NCBI GenBank assembly: GCA_021793645.1
Contig: JAJYSJ010000011.1
Span: forward strand, 22,515 to 86,514
DNA length: 64,000 bases
Direction of reading: 5' to 3'
Source of the DNA: Bacillota bacterium
GTDB taxonomy: Bacteria; Bacillota; Sulfobacillia; JAJZYS01; JAJYTV01
Under the pieces are notes generated by a model. The model had not been told where the DNA came from and ran no database searches. It worked only from the letters and a program-made list of their open reading frames with translations. The translations under genes were made by a program, and so were the position numbers. Positions 1-9,623 of this stretch are shown here, piece by piece. Each line of letters opens with the position of its first letter. Position 1 is the stretch's first letter.

Positions 1-441
1 CGCGAGGCCCCACGTAGCCGCGAGTCGGGGTTCTTCCTCGGCGCCTCGCTCCTCGACCGCGTAACGCCCGAGATGGACTGCTACCGTGACGAGATCTTCG
101 GGCCGGTGCTCACCGTCGTGCGCACGGAGACTTACGAGGACGCCGTGCGCCTGGTCGAGGAGAACCCGTGGGGCAACGGCGCCGCCATCTTCACCCGCGA
201 CGGAGGCGTAGCCCGCCGCTTCCAGTTCGAGGTGGAGGCCGGCATGGTCGGGATCAACGTCCCGATCCCCGTGCCGGTCGGCTACTACTCCTTCGGCGGT
301 TGGAAGAACTCGCTCTTCGGCGACGCGCACATGTACGGACCGGACGGCGTCAGCTTCTATACCCGCCAGAAGGTCGTGACGAGCCGCTGGCCGGATCCCT
401 CGACGAGCGCCGTCGACCTCGGCTTCCCAAGCATGCGGTAG
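1..441 (+). CDS. mmsA: CoA-acylating methylmalonate/malonate-semialdehyde dehydrogenase, C-terminal part (truncated by window start)
   Basis: Frame open from base 1; motifs EIFGPVL, NPWGNGAAIFT, GMVGINVPIPVP and SFGGWKNSLFGD are typical of MmsA/IolA. Confidence 0.9.
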   Translation, partial: REAPRSRESGFFLGASLLDRVTPEMDCYRDEIFGPVLTVVRTETYEDAVRLVEENPWGNGAAIFTRDGGVARRFQFEVEAGMVGINVPIPVPVGYYSFGGWKNSLFGDAHMYGPDGVSFYTRQKVVTSRWPDPSTSAVDLGFPSMR

Positions 442-516
442 CGCGCTGCCGAAAAGTCTGCGATGCGCGAAGGAGAGGCGGCTCGCCCGCCTCTCCTTCA
501 GTGGGGACCCGACCGT

Positions 517-1589
517 TCAGGCGCTGCGGCTCCCCTCAGCGCCCAGGGTGGCAATCTCCTGGGCGACCCGCCGGGCCACCTCCTCGGTCAAGGCGGAGCC
601 GCGAAGGTCGACGGTGGTGACGCCGGCGGCAAGGGTGCGGGAGATCGCGCTGAGGATCCTCTCCGCCCACTCCCTATGCCGGAGGTGCTCGAGCAGCAGC
701 GCCGCGGACCAAACGGCGGCCATCGGATTCGCGATGCCTTTGCCTGCGATGTCCGGGGCCGAACCGTGCACTCGAAGAGCGAGGGGTGACGCCGCGTCGG
801 ATCGATGTTCGCGCTGGGGGCGAGTCCCATACCGCCAGCGATGCCGACGCCGAGGTCGGTAAGGATGTCGCCATGGAGGTTCGAGGTGACGACGACCCCG
901 AAGCGCGCCGGGTCGCGGACGAAGAGCATCGCTGCCGCGTCGACGAGCAGGTTCCAGGTGGCGACGTCCGGGTAGTCCTCCGCCACCTGGTTGAAGATCT
1001 CGTCCCAGAAGACGCCGCTGTAGTTCATCGCGTTCCCTTTCGAGATACTCGTGAGACTGCGGCCCGTCCTGCAGGCGAGCTCGAAGCCGTAGCGTATGAT
1101 GCGCTCGCAGACGACCCGCGAGAACACAGACGTCTGCAGGGCCATCGCGCGGCCAGGATCGCCGTGGAAGAGGAAGTCACCCCTGCCGCTATACTCCCCC
1201 TCCGTGTTCTCGCGTAGGATGATCATGTCGATGTCCTCTGGCCCACGTTCCGCGAGCGGCGTCGGCGGGCCGGGAAGAAGGCGCACGGCCGCAGGTTGAC
1301 ATACTGATCGAAGCCCTGGCGGATCGGCAGGAGCAATCCCCAGAGCGAGATGTGGTCCAGGACTTTCGGATCCTCGACGGCCCCGAGCTGGATCGCGTCG
1401 AACTCTTCGAGGATCTGGAGGCCGGCCCTCGGCATCATCTCGCCCTCGGCAAGGTAGCGCTCCATGCTCCTCGAAGTCGAAGGAGATCCCCGGGTCGAGC
1501 ACCGCCACCTGCCGAAGCGAGCGCAGCGCTTCCAACGTTACCTCCTACCCGATCCCGTCTCCCGGAATCACCGCGATGCAGTGGGCCAT
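517..1589 (-). pseudogene. Tartrate dehydrogenase / 3-isopropylmalate dehydrogenase family, disrupted
   Basis: ATG at 1589 after GGAGG gives MAHCIAVIPGDGIG*EV (in-frame TAG). The motifs LWGLLLPIRQGFDQYVNLRP, RENTEGEY, NLHGDILTDL and HGSAPDIAGKGIANP are spread over frameshifted pieces (ORFs 1223-1465, 588-1535, 517-771). Confidence 0.88.
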
Positions 1590-1651
1590 GCAGGTTCCAC
1601 CTCCACCCGCTTTCACTGACGGCTGGTCCTCGCACCCCGTCTAGGCCAAGT

Positions 1652-2398
1652 TTACATGTAGGCGCCGCCGTTCGGTCCGAGCACTTGACCGGTGACGAAC
1701 GAGCTCGCAGGCGCCAACAGGAAGGCAACCGCTTGGGCAATGTCTACGGGCTCCCCGATGCGTGGCAGCAGGACGAGTTGGCTCTGGTGGTCGATGCCGC
1801 GCCGGCGGGACATCTCTGTGTCGATCAGGCCCGGCGCCACGACGTTCACCCGAATGCCCTGCGGTGCGAGTTCCCTCGCGAGCGACTTGCTGAACCCGAT
1901 CACCCCAGCCTTCGCTGCGGCGTAGTGCGTGCTGCCCGCGACCCCCATCAGCGCGGTGATCGAGGAGATATTGACGATCGCGCCGCCCTCCCGCAAGTGG
2001 CGAAGCGCCCCACGGCACATCAGGAAGACGCTCGTCAGGTCGGCCGCAAGCATCGCCTGCCATTCCACGAGCTCGATCTCCGAGAGCGGACTGCCGGTCC
2101 CGCCGATGCCCGCGTTGTTCACCAGTCCGTCGAGGCCGCCGCCCCACGCGGCGACCTCGTCGACCAAGCGCTCGACCGCCTGCGGGTCGGTCACGTCCGT
2201 CGGAAACGCCCGCACCCCGAGGTTCTCCCGCTCCATCTCCTCGGCCGCCTGCCCGACGTCGTCGGCGCGAAGGTCGTTCATCGCGACCTTCGCCCCCCGG
2301 CGGGCCAGCAGCTCGGCGATCGCGCGCCCGATGCCACGCGCCGCCCCACTGACTAGGAGAACCTTTCCGTCAAGCCCGAGTCCCTCGAAGCCGTTCAT
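1652..2398 (-). CDS. Short-chain dehydrogenase/reductase (FabG-like)
   Basis: SGAARGIG, NNAG, YAAAK catalytic motif, VNVVAPG. Confidence 0.92.
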   Translation of the reverse strand: MNGFEGLGLDGKVLLVSGAARGIGRAIAELLARRGAKVAMNDLRADDVGQAAEEMERENLGVRAFPTDVTDPQAVERLVDEVAAWGGGLDGLVNNAGIGGTGSPLSEIELVEWQAMLAADLTSVFLMCRGALRHLREGGAIVNISSITALMGVAGSTHYAAAKAGVIGFSKSLARELAPQGIRVNVVAPGLIDTEMSRRRGIDHQSQLVLLPRIGEPVDIAQAVAFLLAPASSFVTGQVLGPNGGAYM

Positions 2399-2399
2399 G

Positions 2400-2760
2400 C
2401 CGACAACTCCTCTCGGTCATCCAACGCCGCAACGCCCCGAGCAGCGTGCGTACACCGAAAATGCACTCTTCGTCTGCCGTACGCTCCCGCGAGTTATGGC
2501 TGATGCCCTGCACACCTGGAACGAAGATCATGCTAGGCGCTACGGTCGCCATCATTCGCGCATCGTGCGAGGGTCCCTCCGAGCGCCTCGTCGCCAAGCT
2601 CCGCTGCTGCCGCAGCGTCCTGCCTGCTGGAGCCACTCCACTAGCTGGTCGCGGCCCTCGCGGTCGGCTCGCTCAGCGCAAGCCAGCTGACGCCGCCCCC
2701 TTCTGTGCGGCCGGAGGACCTGTCGAGCCGCACTAGGAGGCGGGTAGCGTCGATATCCAT
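2400..2760 (-). pseudogene. Internally deleted remnant of an M20 Zn-dependent N-carbamoyl-amino-acid/allantoate amidohydrolase
   Basis: N-terminus MDIDATRLLVRL..GRTEGGGVSWLALSE / ADREGRDQLVEWLQQAG is joined almost directly to the family C-terminus SHDARMMATVAPSMIFVPGVQGISHN; frameshifted, middle of the gene missing. Confidence 0.75.
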
Positions 2761-2775
2761 GCCCATTCCCCGTCC

Positions 2776-3904
2776 TCACGCGAGCGCCGTAAGCAGCGCG
2801 GCGAACAGCGCAGCCCGCTCCGGCAGCCGTTCAACCACCACGTGCGCTCGCATGCGCGCCACTGCCCACGGCGCCGCGCCCATCGAGCGTCGGGACGCCC
2901 AGGGCGGCGCTAAAGTTGCCGTCCCTTACCCCTCCGCTCTCGATCTCCTCCACCGAGACGCCCATCTCCTGGGCCAGCCGTCGGGCGAGATCGTAGAGAT
3001 GTGCCGCCGCCTCCCGCGGGAAGGGCGGCCTGTTCATGCCGCCGGTGACCCGGAGCCGCACGCCGTCCCCGACCAGCAAGAGCCCCCGGATCTCGGCCAC
3101 GAACCGCTCGGCCTGCGCCGCAGTGCGAACCCTGAGGTCGACGGTCGCCTCAGCCTCGACCGGGACGACGTTTGGCGCGATCCCTCCGCGCACGACTCCT
3201 ACCGTGACGCTGACGCCCGCCTGCGGGTCGTTCATCTCCTCTAGCCGCAGGATCTGCCGGGCGATCTCCCTGATGGCGCTGCGACCGGCGAGGGGCTCCG
3301 CCCCGGCGTGGGCGCTTCTCCCCTCCACGCGCAGAGCGAAGCGCCCCCATCCCTTCCGTGATGTCTTCAGGGCACCATGCACATCGGCGGGCTCCGGCGC
3401 GAGCACGGAACTGCTGTTATGCGCCAGCGACTCGATCAGTGTCCGCGACGCCGGGCTCCCAACCTCCTCGTCGCCCGTCAGCAGGTAGGTGACCGCCAGC
3501 CCATGAGGACGCCCTCACCGTACGATCTCCTCGAGCGCGAAGACGCTCAACGAGGCGCCGGCCTTCATGTCGTAGATGCCGGGGCCATACGCCCGCCCCT
3601 CCGCTACCTTGACCGGTCTACACTCAATCTCGCCGACCGGCCAGACCGTGTCGAGGTGGCAGAGCACAAGTATGGAGCGGGGACCGCGTCCCAGGCGGGC
3701 GATGACCGGCCGCACATACCCCTCGGCGTCCGCGGTCTCGATCTCGCAACCCGCGGCTGCCAGTCGCGTCGCAAGGCATCCGATCGCTCGTTCCACGCGA
3801 TCCGGCGCAGAGGTCGGCGACTCGATCCCGACCAGCTCTGCGATCCCTGCGAGGATCTCGTCTTGGCGCCCGCTGAAGGTCGCAAGAAGTTCCCGCGGGT
3901 CCAT
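2776..3904 (-). pseudogene. M20 metallopeptidase (glutamate carboxypeptidase-like), disrupted
   Basis: CHLDTVW, GPGIYDMKAG, then an in-frame TGA (3515-3517) followed by TGDEEVGS, RKG and SAHAG; a late frameshift precedes HVVVERLPERAALFAALL. Confidence 0.85.
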
Positions 3905-4716
3905 CAGTGTTGCTCGCCGTGGCTCATCGGCAGCCCATAGCGACCGGCAGTCACGCCTCCATCGACGCCGATGACTTGGCCCGTGATGTAGTTTGCGCCG
4001 CTGCCAAGCAGCATCAGGACGGCTGCCGCTATGTCTTCCGGGACGCCGATGCGGCCCAGCGGCACGCCGCTCGTGAACGCCCGGCGGTAGTCGTCGGTGA
4101 GGCTAGGGTTCTCGATCAGCCCGGGGGCGACACTGTTGACGAGGATGCGGTAGGGTGCCAGCTCCAGCGCCATCGTGCGGGTCAACATCACCACCGCGGC
4201 CTTTGAGGCGCAGTAGTGCGCGGAGCCCACGCGGGCGAATCGGTAGCTCCCGGAAGAAATCGTGACGATCTGCCGTATGTCCTGATCCTTGGCCGCCGCC
4301 GCCGCCATGCGGCGGGCGACTGCCTGGCAGACGAGGAACGTACCCTTCGCGTTGATGTCCATCACGCGGTCCCACGCCTCTTCCGTCATCTCGAGGAAGG
4401 GGTTGTCGGGAAAGATGCCAGCGTTGCTGACGAGGAAGTCGATGCCGCCAAGGTCGTTCTCGGCCCGCTCGACCATCGCCTGAACCTCGGGGCGCCGTCG
4501 CACGTCTGCCGCGTACCCGGATACCTCTCCGAACGGAGCGAGTGCATCGACCGCATGCTGCACTCGCTCCAGGCTAAGGTCGTTGACGGCGATGCGCGCT
4601 CCCCGTTCGAGGAGCGCCCGCGCCACGGCGAATCCTATGCCCTGCCCAGCGCCGGTCACCAGTACGCGTCGACCGTGGACGGGATCGGTTGCAGTCACGT
4701 TCTCCCTACCTCCCAT
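3904..4716 (-). CDS. Short-chain dehydrogenase/reductase
   Basis: TGAGQGIG, SNAG, YCASK, VNSVAPG; true start may be the GTG near 4698. Confidence 0.92.
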   Translation of the reverse strand: MGGRENVTATDPVHGRRVLVTGAGQGIGFAVARALLERGARIAVNDLSLERVQHAVDALAPFGEVSGYAADVRRRPEVQAMVERAENDLGGIDFLVSNAGIFPDNPFLEMTEEAWDRVMDINAKGTFLVCQAVARRMAAAAAKDQDIRQIVTISSGSYRFARVGSAHYCASKAAVVMLTRTMALELAPYRILVNSVAPGLIENPSLTDDYRRAFTSGVPLGRIGVPEDIAAAVLMLLGSGANYITGQVIGVDGGVTAGRYGLPMSHGEQH

Positions 4717-4747
4717 GAGACCCAGATGCCTTGAACGGCCGGGAAGG

Positions 4748-5863
4748 TCAGGAATTCGCCATCACCGCCGCGAGTTCGAAGCGGCGATACTCCTCCTCGC
4801 AGGGCGTTCCTCCGGAAATCCAGATCGTTCGCGCCTCGAGATCCATAACGATCGACGCCGCCGAGAGCACCTGGTCGTAGGGGGCGTCCTCGGGGTTCAC
4901 GTGCCGGCAGATGCTATAGGGATAGCCGAAGTGATCGCGGAACATCCGCATGAAGGATTGCTCGTCGATGTGGCCCGCGTCCTGACGCAACAGGCGCCGT
5001 GCACGGTCGTAGCGGATCATCGACAGGGCAGAGCCGCCCCGCCGCATGTCGCGTCCCCTGAGCTCCGGGGTCAGGAAGTGGTTCGAGTGGGTGACGATGC
5101 CGTCCGACGTCAAAAGATAGTCAAAGCCGCGCGGCGTCGCCTCGATGTCGATCACTTCGCCACCCGCGCTTCCGATCAGAAAGTTTCCAGATGACCCGCG
5201 CTGCGGCAACGTAATCGCGGACGTCGCCTCGTGCAGGTGGCGCGCGGCAAGCACCTTGCGCAGGATCACGTGGTACGGGACCCCCATCTGGCCCTGGTCG
5301 TCTGCCGAGATCAGGAGGTTCGCGAGCACCCCAATCCCGTGCTCGTTGATACCAATCTTGCCGACGAAGCCTGCCTCCGTGAAGACGATCACCCGCGGCC
5401 GACTGGGCTCGTCGATGCCGAGGATTGCCGTGCGGTCGGCGACGATCGCCTTCCAGTCCCAGTTCTGGCCGATTAGCGTGTGGCCGGAGACCGTCTCCTC
5501 CGGCAGCACGCCCGCCGACGTACACTCGTCGCCGACATCAACCTTTTTCGCTGCCGGCCGGTTCTGCAGGCCGTAGAGGATTTCCGTCCGCGCGTTCAGC
5601 GCGACGATGTCGCCGAGATCGAGGTTCGAACCCCGCGCGAGCCCACGCATCTCGTCGAGCAGGTCCGGCGCGTAGTCGCTGATGACCGGGACGATCTCCG
5701 CGGCGTACTTTCGCACCGCGTCGACGGAGACGCCAACGCCCTTCGTGAACACCTCCATGTACGCGGCGACGTTCTCGTGGATGTCCGCGCGCAGCGCCTC
5801 ACCGATCTGAGCCCCGCACGCCTCAGGGCTGCCGGACACCTTGACGAACGGAATCTCCCGCAT
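4748..5863 (-). CDS. Peptidase family C45 (acyl-CoA:6-APA acyltransferase-like Ntn hydrolase)
   Basis: LNARTE, DE|CTS autoprocessing Cys, GQNWDW, TEAG, HSNHF; start taken at MREIPF after GGGAGG. Confidence 0.88.
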   Translation of the reverse strand: MREIPFVKVSGSPEACGAQIGEALRADIHENVAAYMEVFTKGVGVSVDAVRKYAAEIVPVISDYAPDLLDEMRGLARGSNLDLGDIVALNARTEILYGLQNRPAAKKVDVGDECTSAGVLPEETVSGHTLIGQNWDWKAIVADRTAILGIDEPSRPRVIVFTEAGFVGKIGINEHGIGVLANLLISADDQGQMGVPYHVILRKVLAARHLHEATSAITLPQRGSSGNFLIGSAGGEVIDIEATPRGFDYLLTSDGIVTHSNHFLTPELRGRDMRRGGSALSMIRYDRARRLLRQDAGHIDEQSFMRMFRDHFGYPYSICRHVNPEDAPYDQVLSAASIVMDLEARTIWISGGTPCEEEYRRFELAAVMANS

Positions 5864-5879
5864 CGTGCTCGCCTCCCTC

Positions 5880-6710
5880 TCAGCCTTTGCGCGAACGGAA
5901 CTCCTCGGCGGCCTCGTCGAGCCTGACGAAGGTTGCCCCACGGCCCTTGAGCTCGACGATCAACCGCTCCAGCATCAGCATGCGGTGCCCCCGTCCGGAT
6001 ACCTGCGGGTGGAATGTGAAGCTGAGAACGCCCCAGTCGGTGTTTCGACGCATGTACTCGAAGTCGCCGAGCCAATTCGCAAGGACGTCATCCGCATTGT
6101 GCAGCCCTTGCTGCAGGTAGGTCGGCATTCGCAGGTATTCGAAGTGCGGGAAGTCGTCGAGCGACCAGTGGATCGGCATCTCCACGAGGTCGGTCTCCAC
6201 GCCGAACTGCGCGGGCATGTCGGCGGTGATCACGTCCCCCTGCCGGGCAAAGTACGGCGTGAAGTCGTTCCCCATCATGCTGCTGTCGTACTTGAAGCCG
6301 TGCTTGCGCAGGAGTTCGACCGTGTGAGGGCTGAGGTCCCACGACGGAGAGCGGTACCCGGTGGCGAGCTTTCCCGTGATGCGTTTGATCACTTCGTTGG
6401 CGCGGACGATCACCGCTTCCTCCTGTTCGCGCATCAGCGTGGCCGGCGGCTCGTGCGTATAGCCGTGGTGCGCGAGCTCGTGCCCTTCGCGGAAGATCCG
6501 CGCGGAGATCTCGGGATACGTCTCGAGAGTGTGGCCTGGCGTGAACCAGGTCCCCTTGATCTGGTAGCGCTCGAGCAGCCGGAGGATGCGGTCGGTTCCA
6601 ACGACGCCGAACTCGCCGCGGGAGATCGGTGTCGGCGACGTCATGTTGCGCACGATGTAGAGCGACATTGCGTCGAAGTCGAAGCCGAACGTGACTAGGT
6701 GCCTGGCCAT
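5880..6710 (-). CDS. Polysaccharide deacetylase family (CE4), PuuE/HpPgdA-like
   Basis: FDFDA, TWFTPG, HELAHHGYTHE, GYRSPSW, YDSSMMG, WSLDDFP, FHPQVSGR. Confidence 0.88.
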   Translation of the reverse strand: MARHLVTFGFDFDAMSLYIVRNMTSPTPISRGEFGVVGTDRILRLLERYQIKGTWFTPGHTLETYPEISARIFREGHELAHHGYTHEPPATLMREQEEAVIVRANEVIKRITGKLATGYRSPSWDLSPHTVELLRKHGFKYDSSMMGNDFTPYFARQGDVITADMPAQFGVETDLVEMPIHWSLDDFPHFEYLRMPTYLQQGLHNADDVLANWLGDFEYMRRNTDWGVLSFTFHPQVSGRGHRMLMLERLIVELKGRGATFVRLDEAAEEFRSRKG

Positions 6711-6798
6711 TGAAATCCCTCCCAGCGGAGTGGTGGCTCGCCGCGCGGCGGGCTAATTGCGAGCGGGGAGAGGCAAGGCCCCTCCCCGCTCCAGACCG

Positions 6799-8160
6799 TC
6801 AGCTTGCAATCTCCTGCAGGCGCAGGTGGACGGTGCGGATACCGAGGCTGAGGATGATCACGCCCGAGAGCGCGACGATCCCGGCCAGGAGACCGAAGGT
6901 CCCCGATGCCCCGAGGGCGCTCATCGCCCAGACGACGATAAACGGCGCTACGGCGCCGCCGACATGGCCGACTCCATCGCCGATGGAGGTCGCCGTCGCC
7001 CGTGCACGGGTTGGGAACGCCTCCGCAGTGTAGACATAGGCTGCCGAGTTCGCAGCGATCATCATCGCCGAGAAGAACGAGCCGATGAACGTCAGCACCG
7101 GATTCGCGTTGATGGCCATCAGCACAAGCGCGATGGCGAAGATGAAGGCGATCGAGGAGACGGTCACCTTGCGTTCGAACTTGTCGATCAAGAGGTACAC
7201 GATCACCGCACCGAGCGGAATTGCGATGTCTCCCAGAGCACTGAAGAGGAGACCGTTCGGCGTCGACATCCCCTGCTTGATGAGGAGCGTGGGCTCGTAA
7301 CCGAGGTAGGCGTACACCGTGATGTACCAGACGAGCCAGAACGCCAGCGTAACCAGAAGTCTGCCGAGATACGGGGCTTTGAACAGAAACGCCGTCGGGA
7401 AGCCGCTTTCGCTCGCCTCCGCGACGGGTGGCGGCAGTTCCGGCAGGCTACCGAAGCGGCGCGTCGCGTTGGCTTCCATCTTCTGTACCATCTGCTCGGC
7501 CTCTTCCTCGCGGCCGTGTAGTACCAGCCAGCGGGGCGATTCCGGTAGCAGGTTCTTGCGTGCAAAGATGGAGACGAGTGCGACGAGGGCACCGAAGGCG
7601 TAGATGAGCCGCCAGCCGTCCGCGCCAGTGCCGAGGAGCCAGAGCGCGAGGAACGGCGTGACACCGAGCCCGAAGCCGCCCCAGAGGTAGTTCGCCTGCA
7701 TGTACTTGCCGCGCCGACCAGCCGGGGAAAGCTCCGTGATGATCGTTGCTGCCAAGGACAGCTCCGCACCCATCCCGAGGCCGGTGATGAAGCGGTAGAT
7801 GGTGAGCGTTGTGACGTCCGTGCTGAACGCCGCGAGCAGGCTGCCGAGGGCGAGGATCCCGACCGTCACCAGCATCGCGCGACGCCTGCCGATGATGTCG
7901 GCGACGTTGCCAAGGATGTAGGCTCCGATTACGTAGCCGAACAGGTTGGCAGTAACCGGATAGGCGATCTGATAGCCCTGCATGTGGAAGAACTTCGTGA
8001 GGGTCGGCAGGGTGAAGCTGATCGTCAGTATGTCGTAGAAAGCGAAGAAGTAAGCGACACCGACCAAGACAAGGACGCCATATGACAGTGACCAGCTGGG
8101 AAGCCGATCAATCCGCGCGTTCAGGTTCGCGATCCGCATCGCTTGCGCATCACTGTGCAT
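6799..8160 (-). CDS. MFS transporter (aromatic acid/metabolite:H+ symporter-like)
   Basis: RIDRLP, ADIIGRR, RFITGLGMGAE, PESPRWL, EAFPTRARAT; many hydrophobic helices. Confidence 0.9.
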   Translation of the reverse strand: MHSDAQAMRIANLNARIDRLPSWSLSYGVLVLVGVAYFFAFYDILTISFTLPTLTKFFHMQGYQIAYPVTANLFGYVIGAYILGNVADIIGRRRAMLVTVGILALGSLLAAFSTDVTTLTIYRFITGLGMGAELSLAATIITELSPAGRRGKYMQANYLWGGFGLGVTPFLALWLLGTGADGWRLIYAFGALVALVSIFARKNLLPESPRWLVLHGREEEAEQMVQKMEANATRRFGSLPELPPPVAEASESGFPTAFLFKAPYLGRLLVTLAFWLVWYITVYAYLGYEPTLLIKQGMSTPNGLLFSALGDIAIPLGAVIVYLLIDKFERKVTVSSIAFIFAIALVLMAINANPVLTFIGSFFSAMMIAANSAAYVYTAEAFPTRARATATSIGDGVGHVGGAVAPFIVVWAMSALGASGTFGLLAGIVALSGVIILSLGIRTVHLRLQEIAS

Positions 8161-8437
8161 CCAGGTGCCCCCTTGCTTTCGTAAAATTGGGGGAGTGGGT
8201 TGCTGCCTCTGACCGAATGTCCAAGGCCACTGGGTTGATGCGGTACACGAGGACGCAGACAAGTGCGGGACCTCCGCGGGCGACGAGGCACCAACACCTC
8301 GTCGGACAAGGCGTATGCTGTGCCTGCTATCCCTCCCTTCGGCCGTATCCTGCCGGCGCCCACGGCGAGCCGTCCATGTGCCCCATCCAGATACCGCACT
8401 CTAATACTCCCACTTGGCGCATTGACATTGGTTCACC

Positions 8438-8457
8438 TGTGTGCATTGTGCACCAAA
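8438..8457. promoter_or_regulatory. Candidate PucR/CdaR-family operator upstream of the MFS operon
   Basis: Inverted repeat GTGCA-ttg-TGCAC about 280 bp upstream of the MFS start; a PucR-family gene lies nearby. Confidence 0.4.
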
Positions 8458-8499
8458 ACGCTCCGGTAGACACCGTTCTATCTGGCCCAGAGGGACTCG

Positions 8500-9600
8500 T
8501 CGACGACCGCCCGCAGCCCGCTCCGCGCGACGCGGCGAATGAGCCCGAGGCGCGTGATCGAGAGTAGCGGCCAGCAGTGCGATCGAGGTCCAGGATGCCT
8601 CCATAGATCACAGCGGCTGCAATGGAGTTGCAGATCCCGAGTGCTCCGTTCCGTAGAATTCCGCAACGGCCAGGGTTACCGAGGTGATGCCGAATCCGAC
8701 AGCCCCCCCATCGCAATCGTCCCGATCGTCACCGCGACCACGCTGGACGGCAACATCAGCGCGAGAGAGCCAACCACCATACTGTAGGCGCGAGCGACGC
8801 CCGGCCGAAGCGGTTGGCAATGTGGCCGGCCAACAACGAAGTGAGGATCACGCTGAGCCGCATGAGGAGGGACGAGCGCACTCGCACGCACTCCAAGGCG
8901 CAAGTACGACGGGAACCATGCAAGAAATCCGTTGACGATCATCAGGCCCGTGACCGAGATGCCGAGAATGGCCAGAGGCTCGACCAGGTAAGCCAGTCTC
9001 CACCCAATCTGCGAACTCCGGACGCCGAGGCTAGTTCGCGGGGATCGGCGTTCCTTCCCGACACGACGAGGAGTGTAAGCGGCAACGTGAGGCACCCGAC
9101 AAGGCTGCCGATCGCTGCGCCTTCCCCAAACTACCGGGCCAGGATCAGCAGGACGCCAAACGCAGAGAAAATCTCGATGCCCTGCGCACCTTCCAGGATG
9201 CCGACGGCGAAACCGCGGTGCGCGTCCCCGAAACTGCGGGCCAGTAGCCGCACAGTGGCGGGGTAGAGCAACGAACCGCCGACGCCCATGCCGATCCTTC
9301 CCGAGAGGGCCTGCCAAAGCGTGTGCGACCCGACGAAGCCCAACGTCGCGACCGCGAGGATGGCAATGCCTAGGCCCGCCATGCGCCGGCTGCTGTATCG
9401 GTCGGCGAACACGCCGCTTGCAACGCGGCGTAGGCGATGAAGAACGCAGAGAAGAGCACCCCGCCCATGACATGGTTGACGTGGAAGCACCTATCAGAGC
9501 GCGCAGAAACGGCGAGGCGGAGAGCCGAAGGGCCTGCGAGGGGAAGATGCAGAGCACCACGGTGACGAGCACCATCAGTTCGGGACGGTACTCCGCTTTC
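8500..9600 (-). pseudogene. Degraded MFS transporter
   Basis: Hydrophobic fragments in several frames, e.g. SGVFADRYSSRRMAGLG..GRIGMGVGG..RGFAVG and NGFLAWFPSYL, broken by stops and frameshifts; limits approximate. Confidence 0.7.
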
Positions 9601-9623
9601 GCTCGCTGTCTTCCCTTAGGTCG

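Noticed and set aside
1540-3520. In-frame TAG (near 1546) and TGA (3515-3517) as possible pyrrolysine or selenocysteine recoding
   Set aside because: Both genes also carry frameshifts, the positions are not catalytic, and no recoding machinery is visible; ordinary pseudogenisation is simpler
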